Positions 19,049 through 28,466 of a stretch of DNA of 64,000 bases are shown piece by piece. The notes under the pieces are model-generated. The model was not told the origin of the DNA. It saw only the letters and a list, made by a program, of their open reading frames with translations, and made no database searches. Source of the stretch: a virus; the IMG/VR virus record IMGVR_UViG_3300034121_000850, positions 1-64,000 of that record; one strand, given 5' to 3'. The position numbers and the translations under genes were made by a program. Positions within the stretch are counted from its first letter, which is position 1, and every line of letters starts with the position of its first letter.

Positions 19049-20236
19049 ATGGAAAATTATTTTAAAGTAAGTGCAATTAGTAATAGTTCTTTATCTTATA
19101 TCAATCCTGCACAAGGGGGTTCACCTCAATTCTTTAGAGATTTTAGAGATGGAAGATTAGAGAAAAAAGATAGTACTGGTTTTGAAAAAGGTAATCTTTT
19201 GCATACTTATATGCTTGAACCTTCTAAATTTAAAGTTCTTCAATATGAAAAACCTACTGCAATGATGGGGGAATTTGCAGAAGCTTTCATTAAAGAATTT
19301 AAAAATATAGGTATGACCTATACTGAAAGTACTGATATAGAATCTGATGAAAAGAATGCTAAGAAAAATGATGAAAATGTAAATACTATCATTGATTCTT
19401 ATAATTTATTAACTGAAAGATTAACACGTTATCTTCCTTTAGGTTATTCTATGTCTAATGAAATTATTGACAATGTTGATACTTTTATAAAACTTATGCG
19501 TTATGTATATAGAAAGAATAATTTTTATAAATCACAAAAAGAACATACATGGTTAAAAGCTTTTGTTGAATCTTCATTAAATTATGTAGAAGAAGCTATC
19601 AGTTCTGAAGGTATGATTGGTATTAACTCTGAAGTTAAAAACGCTCTTACTAGAATGATTGAAAGTTTAAAAAGAAAAGAACTATGTGATTATTTTCTTA
19701 ATGATAACAGTTTATTACATAAGGGTAAACATACTGAAGTTTTTAATGAGTTAGAATTATTTTGGGTTAAAGAGATAGAATGTCCTGTAACTAATAAAGT
19801 AATTAAAACAAATCTAAAAGGTAAAGTAGACCGTCTTATTATTGATTTTGATAATGAAATTGTTTACAATATTGATTTAAAAACAACAGGTCTTGCATTA
19901 TCTTTTTATGGTAATAAATATGGAGATTATTTCAAAAGAAAACATTATAGACAAAATGCCTTTTATGATGAAGGTATTAAAAACTATATGGTAGAAAACT
20001 ATTCTGTTGACAATTTTGAAATAAAACATATCAATATTGTAATTGAAACTATGAATCAATTTAATTGTGCTGTTTATGAAACTTACGATGAAGTATTAAA
20101 TCTAGGTTTACATGAAATTAAACAATTATTAGGACGTATAGCTTTTCATGAAATACATGGATGGGATAGTACATTAGAAGAATATATGAATAAAGGGTAT
20201 ACACCATTAGAACAAATTTTTAACAATTCAAAATAA
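19049..20236 (+). CDS. PD-(D/E)XK exonuclease (RecE/DUF3799-like)
   Basis: ISNSSLS, GNLLHTYMLEP, KGKVDRL, IDLKTT, YRQNAFY. Confidence 0.85.
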   Translation: MENYFKVSAISNSSLSYINPAQGGSPQFFRDFRDGRLEKKDSTGFEKGNLLHTYMLEPSKFKVLQYEKPTAMMGEFAEAFIKEFKNIGMTYTESTDIESDEKNAKKNDENVNTIIDSYNLLTERLTRYLPLGYSMSNEIIDNVDTFIKLMRYVYRKNNFYKSQKEHTWLKAFVESSLNYVEEAISSEGMIGINSEVKNALTRMIESLKRKELCDYFLNDNSLLHKGKHTEVFNELELFWVKEIECPVTNKVIKTNLKGKVDRLIIDFDNEIVYNIDLKTTGLALSFYGNKYGDYFKRKHYRQNAFYDEGIKNYMVENYSVDNFEIKHINIVIETMNQFNCAVYETYDEVLNLGLHEIKQLLGRIAFHEIHGWDSTLEEYMNKGYTPLEQIFNNSK

Positions 20237-20243
20237 ACTTAAC

Positions 20244-21332
20244 ATGGCACACAAATTAGATTTTCAAAGAGGTAATGATAAAGCTGCATTTTTCAGCGTT
20301 AAAGAGGTTGCATGGCATAAACTTGGTAAAGTTGTAGAGGAAGCACCAAATAGTGAAGAAGCTATTAAATTAGCTGAACTTGATTATGAGGTTAAAATAG
20401 CACCTTTATACGCTACTGTTGGTTCTTTAACAAAAGATGACGCAATGCAAGAAAAAGCAGTATTATCTGCTAGAAGGGGTACAGTAGAAAATGCAATACC
20501 TACTGAATACTTTGGAGTAAAACAAATGCCTATTAATTTTGCTACATATCGTGATGATACAAAACACGTTTTTGGGATAGTTGGTAGTCGTTATGAAGTA
20601 GTTCAAAATAGAGATGCTTTTAATTTCTTTGATGAAATCATTGGAAGTAAAGAAGCTATTTTTGAAACAGCAGGTGCTATCAATGATGGCGCTACTATCT
20701 TTATAACAGCTAAATTACCTGATTATATTCGTGTTAATGGCGATGATGTTATTAATAAGTATTTATTATTTACTTCTTCACATGATGGAACAAATCCTGT
20801 TAGAGCATTATTTACACCTATTAGAGTTGTATGTAATAATACTTTAAGTTTAGCATTAGCTTCTTCAAATGGAGTAACAATTAGACATACTGCAAATGTT
20901 CATAACAAAATTAAAGAAGCTGCTAATTTATTAGGAATTGTTAATAAACAAACAGAAGAACTTAATGAATTGTTATCTCAACTTACTAAAGTTAGAATTG
21001 ATGAAACTGCTTATTGTAAATACTTAGATTTTGTATTCCTTACAAAAGAAGAAAGACAACAACTTGCTTTAGGAATTGAAAGAACTGATATTATCAGTAC
21101 TAATAAACTAAACATCATCAGTTCTATTAAAGAATATAATGAAGTAGTTGTAAACAATGAATTTGAACATTGTAAAGGTACTATATATGGGGCTTATAAC
21201 TCTGTAACAGGTTATTTACAAAATGTTAAAAAGTATCAATCTGATGATAAAAAGTTTAGTAGTTTATTTTTAGATGATAAAGTTGGGGTTAAAGCTTTAA
21301 ATGCAGCTTATAATACTTACCAAAGTTATTAA
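20244..21332 (+). CDS. DUF932-family protein
   Basis: MAH...AWHKLG, YEVVQN, FETAG, SHDG, TPIRVVCNNT, IRHT. Confidence 0.9.
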   Translation: MAHKLDFQRGNDKAAFFSVKEVAWHKLGKVVEEAPNSEEAIKLAELDYEVKIAPLYATVGSLTKDDAMQEKAVLSARRGTVENAIPTEYFGVKQMPINFATYRDDTKHVFGIVGSRYEVVQNRDAFNFFDEIIGSKEAIFETAGAINDGATIFITAKLPDYIRVNGDDVINKYLLFTSSHDGTNPVRALFTPIRVVCNNTLSLALASSNGVTIRHTANVHNKIKEAANLLGIVNKQTEELNELLSQLTKVRIDETAYCKYLDFVFLTKEERQQLALGIERTDIISTNKLNIISSIKEYNEVVVNNEFEHCKGTIYGAYNSVTGYLQNVKKYQSDDKKFSSLFLDDKVGVKALNAAYNTYQSY

Positions 21333-21339
21333 TATAAAA

Positions 21340-21371
21340 GGGGTTCTATGTAAAAGTAGAACCCCTCTTTT
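21340..21371 (+). terminator. intrinsic terminator
   Basis: GGGGTTCTA-TGTAAAAG-TAGAACCCC-TCTTTT. Confidence 0.8.
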
Positions 21372-21383
21372 AACTTAATTGTT

Positions 21384-21575
21384 ATGAATGTAATAATAGA
21401 AGAAAGAATTAAAAAAATTAATGAATTACAAAATAGTTTATCTCAAGAATCTTTTTATGATGAAGTTGGAGATAAACTTAATATTACCGAATTTGCATTA
21501 TTTTGTGATGCACAAGTTACAATAGAAACTACTTTAGACGAATTAAAAGCAATATTAACCAAAATAAATAAATAA
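21384..21575 (+). CDS. hypothetical protein
   Basis: packed ORF. Confidence 0.65.
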   Translation: MNVIIEERIKKINELQNSLSQESFYDEVGDKLNITEFALFCDAQVTIETTLDELKAILTKINK

Positions 21576-21579
21576 ACAA

Positions 21580-21927
21580 ATGGAATTACTTAGAGAACCA
21601 ACCAATGATGAGTTAAAAAGATTTTTTGAAGAATTTGTACCTGTTAATAATTTTATTGCAGTTATACCTCCACAAGTTAAAGCTAAAACAGCAGGGGGAA
21701 TACATAAAACTGATTTAGAATTAAAGCAAGAACTTAATGCACAAAATAATTCTCCGATGCTTGTAATACATACAGGTGGAAATGAAGCTTTAAAAGTATT
21801 TGATAAAGTTATATTTTCAAGACACGCTGAACCTGATTACATTTTTCAACACCCAGTGCATAAAGGTTATCAGATAAGACTATATAACTTTATATATGTA
21901 GTTGCTACTGTTAAACAAGACGCGTAA
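21580..21927 (+). CDS. GroES-like co-chaperonin
   Basis: PVNNFIAV.P...KTAGGI mobile-loop signature; LKVFDKVIF. Confidence 0.7.
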   Translation: MELLREPTNDELKRFFEEFVPVNNFIAVIPPQVKAKTAGGIHKTDLELKQELNAQNNSPMLVIHTGGNEALKVFDKVIFSRHAEPDYIFQHPVHKGYQIRLYNFIYVVATVKQDA

Positions 21928-22157
21928 TGTTAAAGATTATCAAGGTATCAAGTAAAACACCTATAAAGAAAGTAAGTAAGACTTTAGTTATTAAACCTGT
22001 AAAAGGAAATACTAACTTATTAACTACTTCGGATATATATAAAATACCATTAGATAACGGAGTTATTAGTTCTAAACATGGTTTTATAGGTAAAAGGATA
22101 TTTTGTGCTAAAATATGTATGTTTAGTGGTAAATCAAGTATGCCTGATAAGATTTAA
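21927..22157 (+). CDS. basic hypothetical protein
   Basis: TAATG coupling; last gene of the + block. Confidence 0.55.
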   Translation: MLKIIKVSSKTPIKKVSKTLVIKPVKGNTNLLTTSDIYKIPLDNGVISSKHGFIGKRIFCAKICMFSGKSSMPDKI

Positions 22158-22174
22158 GTCAAAAAACAACGTAC

Positions 22175-22233
22175 AAAAAAAAGCCTTCTGCACCAATACC
22201 TTAACGGTTTTGATGTAGGAGGCTTAACTTTTT
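22175..22233. terminator. bidirectional terminator between convergent blocks
   Basis: A-run, AAGCCTTCTGCA...TGTAGGAGGCTT long hairpin, T-run. Confidence 0.75.
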
Positions 22234-22245
22234 GTTATAGTATGT

Positions 22246-25200
22246 TTAATTCGCGCTATACAACTTATAGTACCTATTATTATTCTCAAGATTAAACCAT
22301 TTATCAATTTGATTTGCTAATGGTAAAGTCTTTATAAATTGCACTTGTACTTTCAATTCACCATGTCTTGCACCCCCGCGATAATAATTTTTATCCTCTT
22401 GACCTGCAATAATATTTAAAGGATATTTAGCAACATTAGTTAAAAGTGTTAATATATCAGAACTAGCTTTAAAAGCAGCAGCAGGATTTTGAACTAATTT
22501 TTGTGATTCATTTATCCAACCATAAGGACTGTATGTATTTAATTCGCTTGCTATACCATCTAATTCATATAAAGCAAGATTATAAAAAGTAGAAGCTTTT
22601 AAATCTTCATCGTCATCTGCAAAAGAACGTAATAATCCTACTAATGCGAGGAATGCAACTACTGTAATCATTTCTAATAAAAACCTTTTAATTTCTCCTT
22701 TTTCTATATCAGATAATTCAAACCAATATATTTGTAAATTTTGTACAAACTCAGCATAATTATTAATTACACTACCAAGAGTTGCATAAAAATCCCTATC
22801 ACCATCTTCATTCCAATGAAAATCTTTAGCTTCTTTAAAAGGTCTTGTAAGAAATTTCCAAGCAGAAATATAATCTCCAGTACTAGCATAACCTAATGAT
22901 TCATTATGTATAGTTTCACCAAAAACTTGTCCAAATCTTTTATTCCAACCAGGCATAGCCCAATGTCTAAATTGCATAATTAATTGACCTGTAATAGTAT
23001 GTTCTATCGTACCTTTATCAAAAGTATTATATATACCATGTATTCTATGATTTACTGCCATTATTTTTCTACGAAATGCACTTTCATCAAGAATACTTAT
23101 ACCACTATTAGGTTTTAATACAGCTAACCCATCTTTTAATTCATACATTTCTAAAACTTTTTTATAAGTTTTAAATTCTTCTTTTGCTTTTAAAACTTTT
23201 TCATTATACTCCTCCATAAGAGTAGGATTTTTTATAATTTCTTCTTTGGTAGGTTTATTTAATGATTCTTTATACATTCTAAAGTTCATAATTTTACCAC
23301 CAATTACTCTATGTGAGTGCATCATACTAAACATACCAGTCATTTGCATTTGATGTTCTGCACCATTCATCATAAAGAAACCAAAATCATTTACTCTTTG
23401 TAAAGCTGTTTCTTTAGAAAATTCAAAATTATTATTCTTTTCAGATAATTCACGAGTATCCTGATAAATACCAAATCTTTTAATTAAAGCATTTTCTATT
23501 GAACTTGCGTTAGTAATATCGTCATTTTGCATATCTGTAAAATAACTTCCTAAACCATTATGATATGAACGCATACCACTTGCAAAAGATTCTCTATCAA
23601 AATCTATTTCAGAACCTGATTCAATAGCCATTTGTATCATACCATAACCTTCATTTTTAATTGCAGCAAACATATTCAAATATAATCCTTTTAAAGATAT
23701 AAACTGTTTTAAACCTTGTCCTAATTTAGTTTTCAAACCTTCATCTTCTAAATAATTACCTTCATAAAGCATTTCAATAAATAAATCAATATGTTTAAGA
23801 ACATTTGAATCTTTAGCGTCTACTAATACATTAGTAGAAGTTCCAGTAGCTTTAGACCTTAGTAAATCTAAAATTGAACCTTTTCCATCTTGTCTAATAA
23901 TTTTACTATTAGCTATTGCATATCTTAATAAAGTTATATCAGATTTTATATGTTGCATCATTTCATGGGAAACAGCAGCTTCAATAAATTTAGGAAAAGT
24001 TTTACCTAAATCTAAATTAATAGAATTTTTATGTAGTTCTAAATTAGCAAGTTTTATTTCATTATTCTTATCTATAACTTCTTGTAATGTTTTAAATTCA
24101 CCAAGTTCAAGATACTCTAAATGAGATAGTACACTTGCTTCATAAGCTTCGGGAGTTTCACCTCTCATTTTTCTCCTTACAGGTAAAAGTTTTTCAGCAC
24201 CAAGTAAACCTATAAAACGTAAAGGTGTTATAAGTACTTTTTCTCCTGATATATCAATTACTTGTTCATGAGGTTTTTTAGGTTTCTTTTTTTCTAATTT
24301 AATATATTCTTCAGTACCCATTGAAGGTATATTAGCTTCAGCAGCAGTTAAATTAGTATGTTTTAAAAGGTCAGCAAATTCTTTTTTAAAGTATGTATAA
24401 AATTCAAAAGCTTCGGGTTTACTTTTTAATACATCATAACCAGGATTAATCCAATTAGAATTTGGTAAAGCCATACCTTTAGCATCAGCTTTAAATTTAG
24501 GATTTATAAATTGAGATTTAACTTTACTACTTGTATAAACTCCACCAGGCATTAACATACTATCATAATATTCAACAATTTGTCCTTTTATTACAGTAGA
24601 AACAAGATTAATACTTAAATCCTTTGGCATTATAGTTGTCCATATACGAATAGGCTCAATTTTTTTAGTATAAGGATTTTCAGTATGATTTAATTTATAC
24701 CATGCAGTATCTTCAAAACCATTTTTTAATTTTTTAGTTCTTTTTGCGTAAAGGTCTATTTGCTTTGCAAGTTCAATATCGTAATATTCAGTAGTTTGAA
24801 AATCAACTAAATCTTGAAATTCTTTTAAAGCATCATCAAAATCAGCATTAGCAGGACCATCATATTCTTCTTCAGATTTAACAGAATCTTGTAATCTTCT
24901 AATTTTAAGAGCAACCTTTTCAGGAACTAAATGTCCCATAACTCTTCCTTGGTCATCAAGATAAGGTTTAGTTAACTTTTTAATTTCCTCATTAATGTCT
25001 ACATTAGAGTCACTTCTAAGAATACTTAAAATTCCATTAAATTTATCCCAAAATGCAGGAGAAGGTTTAAAATTTCTTTGTATAGTATGTTTAGATGTAT
25101 CTGTATTTTTAATTGCTTTAAATTTTGCTAAATCATCTAATACTTCTTGTAATGGTACAATTAAAAATGATTCCATCATTTCAGTAATATCTTCATAATA

Positions 25201-28200
25201 TTTAGCTAATTCTTTAGCATCTATATATTCTTGAGAAGCTACTTCAAAATTGTTAGGGTCACTATAAAATGCAGATAATGTTTTTAATTCTCCTAATTCT
25301 TTTCTTTCTTGATATTTTATAGATTTACTATTAAAAGTTTTCTTTTTATAAGCTAATGTACCCTTATCTTTATCTAAAGTTTTTACAGTTTCTTTATTAT
25401 ACTTACTTAAAATTTTATTTTTAGCAGTTCTACTACTTATTACAAAATTTCTATTCTTTTCAGATAATTTTTGTTCTAAAGTGTAAAATTCTTTAGTATA
25501 TTGTTGTTGAGTATTTTCAGTATAAAAATCATTAATTATTTTTATTCTTTTTACATCATCATCTGCTAAATCAACAACAGATTCATACATAGCAGTTAAA
25601 GCATCATTAAAACCTTTAATATCATATTCATGAATAAGATTTTTATTCTCATCAATAAGGTCTATAATAGAATATTTTGATTCTGTAAATTTAGCCCACC
25701 TTTTTTTAAATTGATTAATTTTTGCTATTGTTTTAGTATGTACTTTATGTTCATTTACTGCAAGAAGTTTAGCAAAATTAGCACCAAGAGCGTGTCTACT
25801 GTAAGATAAACTATCTGTTTTAAGAGCTATAGCAGTTTCATCAATAAGACCATCTTGGAATATTGTAGCAGCGTGTTTAATTACATTAGGGTCATTACTT
25901 GTTCTTGCAAAAGATTCTTGATACCTATCTAATAATACTTGAAAATTTTGTCTTAATTTATTAATTCTATTAGAATTTTTTTCAATAGTAAAAATAGTTG
26001 CATTAATAGTTTTTTTAAGAGCTTTTACTTCAGTAGTATCTGTTTCAAATATATCAATGTTTTTTAAATTTTTAGCTGCACTTGTACGGACTAAAAACTT
26101 TCTAATTCTTTCAACATATTCAGCTAATTTTCTTGCATCATCAGAATAGAAATTTTCTCCACCTTTTGCTATAAGCATTCTATTTATAAAAGTTTCAAAA
26201 TCAAGTAAAGACTCTTTTTCAAATAAAACAGTTTTAGTTAAACTTCTTTTAATTTTACCTAAATTTTCTCTATTTAATAAATCAGCGGCTTCTATTTGCA
26301 TTTTTTGTAAAAACCGTTCTTCTTCTAATACAGTATTAATCTTTGCAATAGAATCTTGTTGAGTTAAATTATTTCTAAATTGTAACTTATGTAAATGTAA
26401 TTGTGCTCTTTCATCTTCAAGATATTTTAAAACAGATTTAAGTTGCTCTATATCTTGAGCATCTTTTTGCCACATTAAAGTATCTTCAAGACGTTCATCA
26501 ATTATTGTTTTAAGTTCCCCTGTAATTAAATCATCCGCTAATTGTTTGATTGCATCATCATTTAATCCTAGAAAATTACTTATTTTAGTAAATAATCTAT
26601 TTAACCAATACTTCCATGTTTTAACTTCTTCAGCTGTATCATAAAGTTCATCAGCTTTAATTCCAATAGCAGTAGTAAGCACTTCTTTGGCTAAATCTTG
26701 TTCTGAAAGTTCGGGATAAATACGCTTTGTTTTAGTCCATAACATTGTACCTCTTAGCTGTTCTATTCCACGTTGAACAACTGGGTTAGTATAACCTAAA
26801 ATGTCTATAAATAGATGCCCAAATTCATGGAACACACTATCAGTTAGACGTTTATTAGGGTCAATATTAATGGTTATATTACCATTAACTACTTTATAAT
26901 AATTCCCTTCTTCTTTCTCTGTAAAATTAACTTTAACTCCAGCTTTATTAAAAATATCTACAAGTTTTTTCTTTTTACGTTGATATTTTATATCAGAATC
27001 TATTGGTTCTGTTTTATTACCTAAATATTCTTTTTGATTTGAAACTTCTTCTTCTTCAGCTTTTACTAAAGTTACATCATTAAAAACAAAATGTCTAAAA
27101 CCTTTTGCAGGTTGTTGAATTTCTTCTTTAACACTATAAGGTTTAAAATTAAAGAAATCATTTAAATCTTTCATTCTACCCATTAGAATTTTAGCACTAA
27201 TAATAGAAGTCCAAGATTGAATATTAGAATTTATATCACTACTTAAAGTATCTGCATCACTTGTAAAAATATCTATAACGTGGTCACCTATACTACCTGT
27301 AATAGTTAATGTATTATTTTTAGAAAAAACTTTTTCTACTGTATATTCAGGATATAATTTTTTTATAGCTTTTATATAATCAAATTGTTCTACAATTTTT
27401 CGTACATTTCTTTTTTTATCGCCATTTAATTTATAAGTTTTAAATACTTTTATAAGTTTATTAACATTATTATTATCAGTTAAAGATAGATTTTTAGTTA
27501 AAATAGTAAAATCTAAATCATGTAAATTTTCTTTTTCAGAACGAAATAACGTACCTTGTAATCTTAACGCTAAACTACCTGTTAAAAGAAATTTTAAATC
27601 AAAGAAGTTATTAATAATACTTTCAGCTTTTGCGTCTTTTTTAATAGTTTCTTCATAATTAGTTAACTGAACATCAGATTCTAAATTTTTAGAAAATTTA
27701 TCAAAATTACTATTTATAATATCATTAGCAAAAGAATCAATTAAATTTATTACATCTTCTTTAGTAAATTCTTTTTCAACAGTTTTAAATAATTTTTCAA
27801 ATAATTGTTTTAACTCTTTTAAAATACTTTCAAGAAAAGAAAGTTCTTTAGCAGTACCTTTACCCCAATAATCAGCTTTTCTATGAATATAACTATCTTT
27901 AGGGTGTTCAAAATTATTTTTAATAGCATCTGCTAAATAATCTATTACAATTAATTTTTTAATTTGAGGAACACTTAAATTAGGACTTTTAGTTTTATAT
28001 TCTTCAAATTTTTCATTATAATTGTCTAATTTTTCAATATTAAAAAATAAATCTGTTCTAACTTTATTTAACCTTCCAAGCATTGAATAAGCTACATAAG
28101 CAGCTTCTTTTGGTAAAGTTTTAAAAGTTTCAGAATCTTTAATTAAAATAACTTTATATAATAAATCAGTAGCACTTAAAGCATTGTAACCTGTTATGTC

Positions 28201-28458
28201 TTTTAAATTTTTTACAAATTCAATATCAAAACCTAATGTGTTTACAAAACTTAATAATTTATAATCTAAAGTTTCAGTATCTTGTGCATCAAAATTTTGA
28301 TTTTCAAGTTTACTTGCCCAAAATTCTATATATTCATTAACTTTACTCATTTCGGGAACTTCTTCACCATTATGAATAAATACTTTGTAAGCATTAGTTT
28401 CACCTAAAGCATTAACTAATCTAACCCATTCAGCAGAATTTTTATTTGGACATTTCAT
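22246..28458 (-). CDS. large virion cargo protein of the RNAP gene cluster, with nucleotidyltransferase and zincin domains
   Basis: 2070 aa, directly after the RNAP; GSLAL..G...HDLD; HEFGH; helical C-terminus. Confidence 0.8.
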   Translation of the reverse strand: MKCPNKNSAEWVRLVNALGETNAYKVFIHNGEEVPEMSKVNEYIEFWASKLENQNFDAQDTETLDYKLLSFVNTLGFDIEFVKNLKDITGYNALSATDLLYKVILIKDSETFKTLPKEAAYVAYSMLGRLNKVRTDLFFNIEKLDNYNEKFEEYKTKSPNLSVPQIKKLIVIDYLADAIKNNFEHPKDSYIHRKADYWGKGTAKELSFLESILKELKQLFEKLFKTVEKEFTKEDVINLIDSFANDIINSNFDKFSKNLESDVQLTNYEETIKKDAKAESIINNFFDLKFLLTGSLALRLQGTLFRSEKENLHDLDFTILTKNLSLTDNNNVNKLIKVFKTYKLNGDKKRNVRKIVEQFDYIKAIKKLYPEYTVEKVFSKNNTLTITGSIGDHVIDIFTSDADTLSSDINSNIQSWTSIISAKILMGRMKDLNDFFNFKPYSVKEEIQQPAKGFRHFVFNDVTLVKAEEEEVSNQKEYLGNKTEPIDSDIKYQRKKKKLVDIFNKAGVKVNFTEKEEGNYYKVVNGNITINIDPNKRLTDSVFHEFGHLFIDILGYTNPVVQRGIEQLRGTMLWTKTKRIYPELSEQDLAKEVLTTAIGIKADELYDTAEEVKTWKYWLNRLFTKISNFLGLNDDAIKQLADDLITGELKTIIDERLEDTLMWQKDAQDIEQLKSVLKYLEDERAQLHLHKLQFRNNLTQQDSIAKINTVLEEERFLQKMQIEAADLLNRENLGKIKRSLTKTVLFEKESLLDFETFINRMLIAKGGENFYSDDARKLAEYVERIRKFLVRTSAAKNLKNIDIFETDTTEVKALKKTINATIFTIEKNSNRINKLRQNFQVLLDRYQESFARTSNDPNVIKHAATIFQDGLIDETAIALKTDSLSYSRHALGANFAKLLAVNEHKVHTKTIAKINQFKKRWAKFTESKYSIIDLIDENKNLIHEYDIKGFNDALTAMYESVVDLADDDVKRIKIINDFYTENTQQQYTKEFYTLEQKLSEKNRNFVISSRTAKNKILSKYNKETVKTLDKDKGTLAYKKKTFNSKSIKYQERKELGELKTLSAFYSDPNNFEVASQEYIDAKELAKYYEDITEMMESFLIVPLQEVLDDLAKFKAIKNTDTSKHTIQRNFKPSPAFWDKFNGILSILRSDSNVDINEEIKKLTKPYLDDQGRVMGHLVPEKVALKIRRLQDSVKSEEEYDGPANADFDDALKEFQDLVDFQTTEYYDIELAKQIDLYAKRTKKLKNGFEDTAWYKLNHTENPYTKKIEPIRIWTTIMPKDLSINLVSTVIKGQIVEYYDSMLMPGGVYTSSKVKSQFINPKFKADAKGMALPNSNWINPGYDVLKSKPEAFEFYTYFKKEFADLLKHTNLTAAEANIPSMGTEEYIKLEKKKPKKPHEQVIDISGEKVLITPLRFIGLLGAEKLLPVRRKMRGETPEAYEASVLSHLEYLELGEFKTLQEVIDKNNEIKLANLELHKNSINLDLGKTFPKFIEAAVSHEMMQHIKSDITLLRYAIANSKIIRQDGKGSILDLLRSKATGTSTNVLVDAKDSNVLKHIDLFIEMLYEGNYLEDEGLKTKLGQGLKQFISLKGLYLNMFAAIKNEGYGMIQMAIESGSEIDFDRESFASGMRSYHNGLGSYFTDMQNDDITNASSIENALIKRFGIYQDTRELSEKNNNFEFSKETALQRVNDFGFFMMNGAEHQMQMTGMFSMMHSHRVIGGKIMNFRMYKESLNKPTKEEIIKNPTLMEEYNEKVLKAKEEFKTYKKVLEMYELKDGLAVLKPNSGISILDESAFRRKIMAVNHRIHGIYNTFDKGTIEHTITGQLIMQFRHWAMPGWNKRFGQVFGETIHNESLGYASTGDYISAWKFLTRPFKEAKDFHWNEDGDRDFYATLGSVINNYAEFVQNLQIYWFELSDIEKGEIKRFLLEMITVVAFLALVGLLRSFADDDEDLKASTFYNLALYELDGIASELNTYSPYGWINESQKLVQNPAAAFKASSDILTLLTNVAKYPLNIIAGQEDKNYYRGGARHGELKVQVQFIKTLPLANQIDKWFNLENNNRYYKLYSAN

Positions 28459-28466
28459 ATTTAAAA

